NCBI GenBank assembly: GCA_017470005.1
Contig: JAFUFH010000090.1
Location: forward strand, 1 to 55,062
DNA from: Bacilli bacterium
GTDB lineage: Bacteria > Bacillota_I > Bacilli_A > RFN20 > CAG-288
DNA length: 55,062 nt
Direction of reading: 5' to 3'
Of this stretch, positions 1-8,305 are shown piece after piece. Within the stretch, counting starts at the first letter, position 1, and each line of letters begins with the position of its first letter. The notes under the pieces are model-generated. The model was not told where the DNA came from and did no database searches. It saw only the letters and a program-made list of their open reading frames with translations. Made by a program: the position numbers and the translations under genes.

Positions 1-29
1 AAGACCGCTAAGAAAATCATATCAAAAAA

Positions 30-89
30 GTAGTGGGAAGCACAAATGCCCGTCTTCCTGTCTCATGAGACAGGAAGATATCCCACTAC
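30..89. repeat. Nested inverted repeat: 9-bp outer arms plus 26-bp perfect palindrome
   Basis: GTAGTGGGA (30-38) pairs with TCCCACTAC (81-89); TCTTCCTGTCTCA|TGAGACAGGAAGA at 53-78; T-run follows on the minus strand. Confidence 0.8.
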
Positions 90-296
90 ATTGTTTATCT
101 ATTTATTTTCGCATTTAATATGAAAGTTAATATGCTAGACAAGTTGGCAAGACAGCTATGACAAAACATATATATTCTGATATAATTTGTTCTTCTTTTT
201 CTTATTGTCTTGTATTTCTAATAATTGATGGATATCTAAATCTTCCATATAAATAACATCATTCTCTTTTACTAGAGAATAAGAATATTTATGTAA

Positions 297-557
297 AGCA
301 TCATTTACGATATTGTTTCTTCTTTAGGAAAGCTTGTTCGATTGTTAACTTATAAAGCCGAAATGTATGAAAAACAAATACATAAGGTGGATAAATATTA
401 TCCTTCCAGTCAGATATGTTCTTGTTGTCAAAAGAGGAACAACGTAGGCGAAAAAGAAATATACCATTGTCAATATTGCGGATTAGTTATAGATCGAGAT
501 ATCAATGCTTCGATCAATATACTTCATCAAGGCAGAACGGCTCAAAGAGAACCTTAA
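297..557 (+). pseudogene. tnpB: TnpB (IS200/IS605/IS607 family) C-terminal remnant
   Basis: Frame open from 297: SIIYDIVSSLGKLVRLLTYKAE...YPSSQICSCC...YHCQYCG...DRDINASINI = Zn ribbon plus RuvC-III; in-frame stop at 294-296, N-terminal ~300 aa missing. Confidence 0.85.
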
Positions 558-567
558 TTCGTGATGA

Positions 568-681
568 TAACTACGGTAGGAACTATCGAAAGTTACGCTA
601 GGGGAGATTGTGTAAGAGGCATCTATTGTCCAGTAATCGATGAACCTAGAATCTTATGACTTCAGTCATGAGAGTGTTCAA
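568..681 (+). mobile_element. IS200/IS605-type right end / omegaRNA scaffold
   Basis: Follows the tnpB stop; subterminal hairpin TCTTATGACT-TC-AGTCATGAGA (652-673), then GTGTTCAA, a typical right-end terminus. Confidence 0.7.
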
Positions 682-785
682 TACATTTAAGCGCAATACT
701 TTTGGTTTAGAAAAGATATTCAATTTCTTGTTCTATAAAAAACAAACTTGAAAATCAAAATTATCGAATTATAATATTAGCCTAT

Positions 786-1182
786 GGGGGTGTTCCGGTT
801 TCGACAGGCAGGAACGACTTCCGAGTGCAGTGGCTTGGTCTCCTTATCGACCGACACAATTACAAGTGCCAATAAACCTGTTATGTTCCGTGCTCCGGCC
901 ATGATGGCCTGCGCTGCCTAGTCTTAGACTAGCTTCGATCATTCTGGGACCATAGAGTCCCTTTGCACGCCTGACTGAACATCTTTTCAGATTCATGCCA
1001 GTCAGAGTTAAGAATCTGATTAACGCGGGTGCTTCTTTTCCATTCGCGTCGGACACAAGGAAAGATATCCCTAAGACAGTTTGTCATTGTACTGCCTAGG
1101 TAGAATTCGAACAATGAATAAACTGTAGTACTCGTTAGGGATTTCTGTTTGGACGCGGGTTCAACTCCCGTCACCTCCACCA
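786..1182 (+). ncRNA. ssrA: tmRNA
   Basis: 5' GGGGGTG..TTCGAC, 3' T-arm GGTTCAACTCC and CACCTCCACCA; G3-U wobble; tag ORF 868-921 ANKPVMFRAPAMMACAA*. Confidence 0.97.
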
Positions 1183-1195
1183 ATATTAAATGAAC

Positions 1196-1227
1196 CAGAT
1201 TGATACAGTGTGTCAGTCTGTTTTTTT
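1196..1227 (+). terminator. Intrinsic terminator after ssrA
   Basis: CAGATTGATAC/GTGTCAGTCTG stem followed by T7. Confidence 0.8.
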
Positions 1228-1264
1228 ATTTCTAGAAAATAGAAAAAGGCTCGAAGGTGCCTTT

Positions 1265-2359
1265 TTAATATAAGATTGTTTTTAAGCTATCGATAGTAGA
1301 TTGTTTCACACCGATTTGTAGCATAAATGCCTCAATTTTTTGGGAGAGGTTTTTACCCTCTAATTCATCGATAGCATCTCCATATTCTTCTTTTAGATTA
1401 TCTAATACACGCGGTTTACCAATTTGACCGAGATTGGAGAACAAGTAATCTTTATATAATAAGTTTTGTTCTACTCCGAGTAACCCGTTGATCAAATAAG
1501 AGATAAAACCAGTGCGATCGGTACCGATGGAACAATGGAAATAGATGGGATAATTGTTTTTATCAGCGATGGTCTCTAAACACTTCACATAGGAGGGGTA
1601 GTTATCTTCGATGACAAAGTGAGAACCGCTTCCGTATTCACAAGGACAAGAGACATAATTTACGCCTTCGACAACAGAATATAATTCATCCCCATATCCG
1701 TTATCGGATAAACCGCGCAAATCGATTTCGGTTTTGATCTTCAATTGTTCTTTGAAGACTTTCTCTCCTTCTTCTGTGATTTGTTTGGTTGGTTCTTTCA
1801 CGTTCTTTAAAGAGTAGTTTAATCTTCCTCCACGATAGAGAAGTCCTTGTTTTGTTTTCTTTTCTCCGATTTGATAACCGCCTAAATCTCGAATGTTAGT
1901 GACACCACCGACATCGATAAAACGAGGAGTCTCATCACAAGTTTGGAAACTTGATATAGCACTAGATCCCGTAGAAGAGGAAACATAGTAATAATATTTG
2001 GTGCCAACAAATAAATTATCTAATGTGATCTTTTCTTCTTTTACATTAAAGATAGATTCGCCTTGGAAGGTTTCATCCAAGGCAAGATGGAATTGATAGG
2101 TGTGATTATCATTTTCTTGTTCCCAAGATAATTCTAATTTTTTTGGTTTGCTTCTCTCGTTGCTACCCGCTCCATAATTGTCGATGGAATTGACATCGTT
2201 ATCTAAGATATATCCTTTTTGGAATTCATCATGAAGCTCTACCACTTCAGGAATAGAATGAATTTGGATGGTGTTTTTGCTCGAAGTAGTGGATGGATTT
2301 TGTGGTGCACAAGAAAAAAGAAAGAGCGCTTGTATTAAGAATAGAAGTCCTTTTTTCAT
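1265..2359 (-). CDS. Lipoprotein, tyrosine-phosphatase-like (Y_phosphatase3 family)
   Basis: Lipobox LFSC; NIRDLGG, IDLR and P-loop FHCSIGTDRTG motifs. Confidence 0.85.
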   Translation of the reverse strand: MKKGLLFLIQALFLFSCAPQNPSTTSSKNTIQIHSIPEVVELHDEFQKGYILDNDVNSIDNYGAGSNERSKPKKLELSWEQENDNHTYQFHLALDETFQGESIFNVKEEKITLDNLFVGTKYYYYVSSSTGSSAISSFQTCDETPRFIDVGGVTNIRDLGGYQIGEKKTKQGLLYRGGRLNYSLKNVKEPTKQITEEGEKVFKEQLKIKTEIDLRGLSDNGYGDELYSVVEGVNYVSCPCEYGSGSHFVIEDNYPSYVKCLETIADKNNYPIYFHCSIGTDRTGFISYLINGLLGVEQNLLYKDYLFSNLGQIGKPRVLDNLKEEYGDAIDELEGKNLSQKIEAFMLQIGVKQSTIDSLKTILY

Positions 2360-2841
2360 TTGGTGGTACCTCCTGCCTTTATTTTACAACATCTTTTCAT
2401 CATCAGCCACGTTCTATTATCAAGAGAGATTCTTTCTTGTGTATAAAAATCAAAGCGTTCATAGAAAGAGCGTCGGTTTTCTTGGCATAACAAGTAGATA
2501 TCTTTATCTGTGTTTTCTAGTAACATGTTCATCAGTTCTGTTCCGATTCCTTTTCCTTGTTCTTTTGGACAACAGCAAAGAGATAATAGAAGGATATATT
2601 TTCCTTTCTTATCATTCCTTTTCGGGGATAAGGAAAGAGTAGGAATATCGATAGAATCTGAGATCATATAAGAGAGATAGGATATGACTTTTCCTTCTTT
2701 TTCATAGAGCAGAAATTGATCAGGGAAGAGAGATATTCTTTTCTTTAACGTTTCTCTTTTGCATCTCTCTTTAAAGGAGAAAGTCTCATGCTCTAATTGA
2801 AGCAAAGGGATGATGTCTTTCTTTGTTACGTTTCTTATCAT
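2356..2841 (-). CDS. GNAT N-acetyltransferase
   Basis: Motif A QGKGIG, FYERFDF; 4-nt overlap with the downstream gene. Confidence 0.85.
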   Translation of the reverse strand: MIRNVTKKDIIPLLQLEHETFSFKERCKRETLKKRISLFPDQFLLYEKEGKVISYLSYMISDSIDIPTLSLSPKRNDKKGKYILLLSLCCCPKEQGKGIGTELMNMLLENTDKDIYLLCQENRRSFYERFDFYTQERISLDNRTWLMMKRCCKIKAGGTTK

Positions 2842-3029
2842 AGAAATAGTATAAGGCGAAATCGTTTGATTAAAAAGATGAAATCCTCTGTTTAAGGTAA
2901 GTTATTGTTGGATTTTTCCAATCAAAAAAATAAGTTTCAATTTTATTGTTTTAGAGAAGGTTGTTATAAAGATTAGAAGAATAAAACCATTCTATGTTAA
3001 AATAAAACCACAAAAGGATATGTTGTAGT

Positions 3030-4511
3030 ATGAATCACGTTTTTACAAAAGAGCTTCTTCCTTGCTTGCTTTGTTATGATGCCCCTTGTTCCCAACACTG
3101 TAAAGAAGGAATGGATCCTGCAAAGATCATTCGTTCCATCCGTTTAGAAAACAGAATCGGTGGTATGGAAAAGATTCGGGACTGTTGTTTTTCTTGTGAC
3201 GCACCTTGTGAAAAACATTGTGTCTTACATAGAAAGCTTCCTATTAAGCACATCATGGAAAATTTTTATGACTATAAAACCATGCGTAAATTCACCTATG
3301 ATAAAGTAGATCTATCTACAGAAATCTGTGGTATTAAGATTGAGAATCCGTTCTTGCTCTCCTCTTCTGTTGTTTCTTCTTCTTATGACATGTGTAAAAG
3401 AGCCCTTCAAGCGGGATGGGCTGGTGTCTGTTTTAAGACGATTTGCATGATGGATATCCATGAAGCCTCTCCTCGTTTTTCTGCGGTGAAAAGTATCGAT
3501 GGCGCCTTTGTTGCCTTTAGAAATATCGAACAATTAAGCGATCACTCTCTAACAGAGAATTTTGCGATATTCCACCGATTAAAAGAAGAGTTCCCAACAA
3601 AGTTTTTACTTGTTTCTATCATGGGAAGAGATGAAGAGGAGTGGAGATATCTTGCCAAAGAAGCGGAAAAATCTGGTGCCGATGCTTTAGAGCTTAACTT
3701 CTCTTGCCCGAATATGACCGAAGAATTCACAGGAAGTGATGTCGGTCAAATCCCTGAGTTAGTGGAAAGATACACAAGAGTTGTTAAAGAATCTGTCTCT
3801 ATTCCTGTCATCAGCAAACTCACTCCCAATGTCATGACGATGTCTCCTGCCGCAGAAGCCGCCAAAAGAGGTGGGGCCGATGGCATCGCTGCTATCAACA
3901 CCATCAAATCCATCACGGACTTGAATGTCATTCATTCCTTAGATGGTGAAGTCGCTGATTCTAACATTTTGGTAGGAGGTCTCAGCGGTCCTTCTGTGAA
4001 ACCGATCGCCTTACGTTTCATCTCAGAATTATCCCAAAATGAGAACTTAAAAGGTATCCACATCTCCGCTATGGGTGGTATCTATACTTGGATTGATGCT
4101 GCTTCCTTCATCGCCTTAGGAGCAGGTTCATTACAAGTGACTACCGCCGTTATGGAATACGGATATCGAATCATTGATGATTTGGTGGAAGGATTACAGC
4201 TCTATCTTGCTTTCCACAAGCTTTCCTCGGTAAAAGAGTTGCAAGGTGCCTTGCTCAATCGTGTTACTCCTGTGACAGAGATTGAAAGAGATTATGTCAT
4301 TTATCCTAAGTTCATCCGTGAGAAATGCGTCGGATGCGGAAGGTGTTATATCTCTTGCCAAGATGGCGGACATCAAGCGATTAAATTTGAAAATAGAGTC
4401 CCGACACTGGATCCTAAAAAATGTGTCGGATGTCATCTCTGTATCATGGTATGCCCTAACGAATCCGTTGTTTCAAGCGAGATCAAGGTCAAGAAACAAC
4501 CTATTCAATAA
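3030..4511 (+). CDS. preA: Dihydropyrimidine dehydrogenase PreA with an N-terminal Fe-S extension
   Basis: ELNFSCPN, KLTPN and AINT motifs; two C-terminal CxxCxxC ferredoxin motifs; extra Cys-rich ~90-aa N-terminus. Confidence 0.9.
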   Translation: MNHVFTKELLPCLLCYDAPCSQHCKEGMDPAKIIRSIRLENRIGGMEKIRDCCFSCDAPCEKHCVLHRKLPIKHIMENFYDYKTMRKFTYDKVDLSTEICGIKIENPFLLSSSVVSSSYDMCKRALQAGWAGVCFKTICMMDIHEASPRFSAVKSIDGAFVAFRNIEQLSDHSLTENFAIFHRLKEEFPTKFLLVSIMGRDEEEWRYLAKEAEKSGADALELNFSCPNMTEEFTGSDVGQIPELVERYTRVVKESVSIPVISKLTPNVMTMSPAAEAAKRGGADGIAAINTIKSITDLNVIHSLDGEVADSNILVGGLSGPSVKPIALRFISELSQNENLKGIHISAMGGIYTWIDAASFIALGAGSLQVTTAVMEYGYRIIDDLVEGLQLYLAFHKLSSVKELQGALLNRVTPVTEIERDYVIYPKFIREKCVGCGRCYISCQDGGHQAIKFENRVPTLDPKKCVGCHLCIMVCPNESVVSSEIKVKKQPIQ

Positions 4512-4513
4512 TC

Positions 4514-4550
4514 AAAAAATGACTCACGTTCATTCGTGAGTCATTCTTTT
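4514..4550. terminator. Bidirectional terminator
   Basis: AATGACTCACG/CGTGAGTCATT stem between convergent genes, A/T runs on both sides. Confidence 0.8.
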
Positions 4551-4867
4551 TATTTCTCTTTTTTCTTTTTCTTCTTTTCTGCACGGCGCTGTTGTCGATT
4601 GGTAGGTTCTGCTTTTCCCTTATTGGGTTCGAGATCATATCTATCTTGGGGAAGGACGACGGATTGTTTTCTTGCTTCCGCATAATCTTGCTGGAATTCT
4701 TCAATCGTTTTATCCGGATTTCCTCTTTTTACTTCAATCCACTCCAGTGCCATAGCGGTGTCCCAACGATTGAGCTCTAATGCTTCCAAAGCTTCTTTTT
4801 TAGAAATCTCGTAGGCGCACATGGTCTTGATTAAAGATACTCTTTCTTTTTGATCTTTGGTCAACAT
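4550..4867 (-). CDS. Small protein with UBA/TS-N-like helical domain and basic tail
   Basis: SD CGGAGG; EALEALELNRWDTAMALEWI resembles the UBA pattern; C-terminus NRQQRRAEKKKKKKEK. Confidence 0.65.
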   Translation of the reverse strand: MLTKDQKERVSLIKTMCAYEISKKEALEALELNRWDTAMALEWIEVKRGNPDKTIEEFQQDYAEARKQSVVLPQDRYDLEPNKGKAEPTNRQQRRAEKKKKKKEK

Positions 4868-4937
4868 ACTATTTCCTCCGTGAAAATGAACTTAGTAATA
4901 TTTTTCCACTTTTACCCCATAATTATCAACTCTTTTC

Positions 4938-4969
4938 AAAAAAATCGGTCAGAGTAATCTGACCGATTT
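4938..4969 (-). terminator. Terminator of the lipoprotein-GH3-membrane protein operon
   Basis: AAATCGGTCAGA/TCTGACCGATTT stem with T-run on the minus strand. Confidence 0.8.
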
Positions 4970-4978
4970 CTATTTCAT

Positions 4979-5422
4979 TTAAGCTTTTTGTTCTTGTTTT
5001 TTATCTAAGAAGCAAACAACGATAGATAAAACCATCAAGAGAGCAAAGATGACAAGGAAGGTAGTGAAGATATTAGAGACAGTCAAAGCGAATTCACCAC
5101 TATCGACGAAGAAAGCAACACCAGTGGCAAGGTCTGCGTAAGGATAGCAAGACATGAAGAGGTGTTGACCAACTCCACATCCATAAAGGATAGTGGAGAT
5201 GATAGCAAGGAATTCGATTTGAGTGAAGCAACATGCTAGAGAGAGAAGTCCACCCACCAAGACGAATAAGAAGGTGAAGAGTGTATTGTCAGGGAAGGAG
5301 ATGTGTCCTCTTACGACGGTGATTTCAATGATCAAGAAGAGGATAGAAGAGATTAAGGCGATGACACCTGTAACGAGTTGAATATAGAACGCTTTGCTAC
5401 GATTCTTGAGAGACAAATTCAT
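4979..5422 (-). CDS. Hypothetical 4-TM membrane protein
   Basis: Four hydrophobic segments; starts 1 nt after the GH3 stop, with SD AGGAGG. Confidence 0.8.
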   Translation of the reverse strand: MNLSLKNRSKAFYIQLVTGVIALISSILFLIIEITVVRGHISFPDNTLFTFLFVLVGGLLSLACCFTQIEFLAIISTILYGCGVGQHLFMSCYPYADLATGVAFFVDSGEFALTVSNIFTTFLVIFALLMVLSIVVCFLDKKQEQKA

Positions 5423-5423
5423 T

Positions 5424-8270
5424 TTATTTATCCTCCTTCTTCAAAACATACTTTAAGACAACATACATAGAAATGCCTGCGAGAGCTAAGACACCTAAAG
5501 AGACATTGAGAGTGATGAGGGCGGGTTTCCACCAAGGAATGGTTTCTTTAACGACAGTGTCTGCGGTCATATCGACAGTCAAATTGGAGTTAGCCATGTT
5601 GTAGAAGAAACGCTTGGCACTGATTCTTGCTTGAGACCAGATGTGTCCGTCTCTTTGTTTGATCAACCAGTTTTTAACTTCGGTGGTTCTATCGGCATCG
5701 TTATTGAACATATCGGTACCCGCATCAACAGCATCACCGGTGAAGATGTAAGAAGAAGCGTCTTTAGAAGAGTCGGTGATAGAGATACCTGTGGTACCCC
5801 ATTCTTCTCTTAAGAGAGTAGTCATCAAGGCTTTGTAAGAAGCGGTAGGGATGACACCTAAACGGTTGTAAGCGGACATGTTAGACATACCAGAACCTAA
5901 GTGAAGAGCACCTTCAAAGGATCTAGTTTCATTTTGTCTTAACACTTGTTCCGTCATGAAGGTAGCAACACCGTGACGGTTGGTTTCTTGATCGTTTCCG
6001 CAGAAGTGTTTGTTCATACCGATGAGACCACCCACTCTCATAGCGGTAGCTTCTTTTTCACCGCAGAGATAAGCGAGAGTAGAGTCTTCAGAGAAGTATT
6101 CAAAGTTTCTTCCACCGTAAGGAGTACGATGCATGTTGCATCCGCCACCATAGACCATGGTAAGACCAAGATACATGGCGTCTTCGGCAAGGAATTTTCC
6201 TCTTTCTTCTAATAAGTCAAGATTGAATGTGGAGGCGGAGAGGTTTTCGGAAGTGTGAAGGACACCACCTCTTTGTAAGCCATCAGGACCATCGACACCG
6301 GTGCAACCAGGATAGTTGATACCATCCTCACTAGCACCGATAGCATCATATCCCATCTTGTCACCATAAAGAGTGGCAAGCATGGTAGGAGTAAGTTGAT
6401 CGATGAAGGTTTCCCATTTCTCATCATCATACTCCACGCCCTTCATTTCGACGAATTTGATGGTGACAGGTTGAGAGTGTTTGAAGTCCTTGTAGTCAGG
6501 AGCATCACTAGGAGTGGTATAGAGTTCCGCACGTGCGGTCATATTCTTCTTTAATTCACCAGAAGTATCACCTTCCGTTGTTAATCCTGTGATTCTTTCA
6601 GGGAAAGTAGACCAATCATCTCTAGTGAGATATTCGACAGCATTTGCTTTGTAATTGTTGATGTTAACTTCAGGGAATTGGTTAGAAACCACTTTATCCG
6701 TATAAGGAGAAGTCGCCCAAGTGGTGTTATCTAAAGCAGCTAAGCTATCTTTGACAACAAGAGCCGCATTTCCGGAAACGGAATTTCCCTTTTCATCTGT
6801 CATGCCAGTGATTCCCATCTTAGCCATGACATTGTTTAAAGCATCGTGAGCGCCATTGCCGATAGAGAAATAATAATCTCCTTTATCAAAGACATAACAA
6901 CCTTTCTTGTTGCTGTCCTTGCCGTTTGTGGCATTCTCATCATATGTAGCGAAAAGATAATCGCTCACTTCGATAGAGACGGTCTCTTCTTTGTTGGGGT
7001 CAAGTTCGCTAGTCTTTGCAAAACCGACGAGCTGAATTGCACTCTTTTGGGCATTTCCGGATTCATAAGGAAGAGATGCGTATAATTGGACGGAATCTTT
7101 TGCCTTGAAAGAACCAGTATTTTTCACTTTGATGCTAGCTTTCAATTTATGGCTAGTCTTATCCCAAGTGATGGATTCTACACTTTCTTCAAAGGTGGTA
7201 TAAGTCAATCCATAACCGAACGAGAACTGCATCTCATCCGCATAATTCCACTGGGTGGAACCAGAGAAGACACCGAAAGGTCCAGAGGCATTGTTTTTGT
7301 TTTGAACTTGATCGAAATATCTTGTTTCGTAATACTTATATCCGACATAGATACCTTCGGCATAAACGACATATTTATCGTGATATAAGGAAACGGGTAA
7401 GTCACCCCAGGAGATATCACCGAAGTTCTGCATAGCAGGAGAAGAGAGAGAGTTTGTGGCATAAGTGTCACTTAAAGATCCCGAAGGAGAGACTTCGCCT
7501 TTGAGCATCTTAGCAACACCAGTCATACCATAGGCGCCAGGATATCCAATCCACATACAAGCATCGACTTGATAGTCATCCAACCAATCTAAGTCCATAG
7601 CGTATCCGGTGTTTAAAAGAACGACAATCTTTTTGAAACCAGAGTTTTTCACCAATTCCATGATCTTCTTTTCACTGTCGTGGAAAGAAAGTTCAGGAAC
7701 TCCATAGCTATCGGTGGTGTCCATGTCATTTGCTTCACCAGCAAAACGGCCAAAGACAACGATAGCGGCGTCTTTGTAAGAATCAGAGATTTTACCGCTA
7801 TAGATATCCGCATCGACTTCTCGGATATCTTTGTCAGAAGGAGAACGACCATTGCTCTTGGTGGCTTCAAAGACATCTTCATTGATGTTGAATCCTTCAC
7901 TCTTTAAAGCATCGTGAAGAGAGACACCGGCGTTAGAAGGTCCACCAGATCCACCATGATAAGTGGCATAAACGGAGGCGTTACCAAAGAGGGTGACATT
8001 CTTTCCATCCTTTAAAGGAAGGGCATTGTTCTTGTTGGTGAGAAGGACGGAGCCCTCTTCTTGAGTGCGGATGATGTAATCTTTCTCCGCAACTAACATC
8101 TCGTCTTTGTTTGCGTAAGCAGAACCGCCACTTTTAGGGGCGTTAGTCGTGATATTTAAAACTCTATTGATATCTGCTTCACGATCGAAAGCGAGAACGG
8201 ACATGAACGCAGTCACGGAGAGCAAGGCTCCGAAAGTGGCACCAAGTCCTTTAAACAAATTTTTCTTCAT
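5424..8270 (-). CDS. GH3 beta-glycosidase, permuted domain order, N- and C-terminal membrane segments
   Basis: EGSVLLTN and YAEGIYVGYKYYE precede GRNFEYFSED, KHF and the nucleophile region SITDS; hydrophobic helices at both ends. Confidence 0.95.
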   Translation of the reverse strand: MKKNLFKGLGATFGALLSVTAFMSVLAFDREADINRVLNITTNAPKSGGSAYANKDEMLVAEKDYIIRTQEEGSVLLTNKNNALPLKDGKNVTLFGNASVYATYHGGSGGPSNAGVSLHDALKSEGFNINEDVFEATKSNGRSPSDKDIREVDADIYSGKISDSYKDAAIVVFGRFAGEANDMDTTDSYGVPELSFHDSEKKIMELVKNSGFKKIVVLLNTGYAMDLDWLDDYQVDACMWIGYPGAYGMTGVAKMLKGEVSPSGSLSDTYATNSLSSPAMQNFGDISWGDLPVSLYHDKYVVYAEGIYVGYKYYETRYFDQVQNKNNASGPFGVFSGSTQWNYADEMQFSFGYGLTYTTFEESVESITWDKTSHKLKASIKVKNTGSFKAKDSVQLYASLPYESGNAQKSAIQLVGFAKTSELDPNKEETVSIEVSDYLFATYDENATNGKDSNKKGCYVFDKGDYYFSIGNGAHDALNNVMAKMGITGMTDEKGNSVSGNAALVVKDSLAALDNTTWATSPYTDKVVSNQFPEVNINNYKANAVEYLTRDDWSTFPERITGLTTEGDTSGELKKNMTARAELYTTPSDAPDYKDFKHSQPVTIKFVEMKGVEYDDEKWETFIDQLTPTMLATLYGDKMGYDAIGASEDGINYPGCTGVDGPDGLQRGGVLHTSENLSASTFNLDLLEERGKFLAEDAMYLGLTMVYGGGCNMHRTPYGGRNFEYFSEDSTLAYLCGEKEATAMRVGGLIGMNKHFCGNDQETNRHGVATFMTEQVLRQNETRSFEGALHLGSGMSNMSAYNRLGVIPTASYKALMTTLLREEWGTTGISITDSSKDASSYIFTGDAVDAGTDMFNNDADRTTEVKNWLIKQRDGHIWSQARISAKRFFYNMANSNLTVDMTADTVVKETIPWWKPALITLNVSLGVLALAGISMYVVLKYVLKKEDK

Positions 8271-8305
8271 GAGAGAATTCCTTTCTTTTGCTTAAGGGGA
8301 GGAGA

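Noticed and set aside
844-1183. Two minus-strand ORFs (70 and 84 aa)
   Set aside because: Antisense shadows of tmRNA
1183-3029. Possible ssrA-integrated element
   Set aside because: No integrase and no duplicated ssrA 3' end seen in the window
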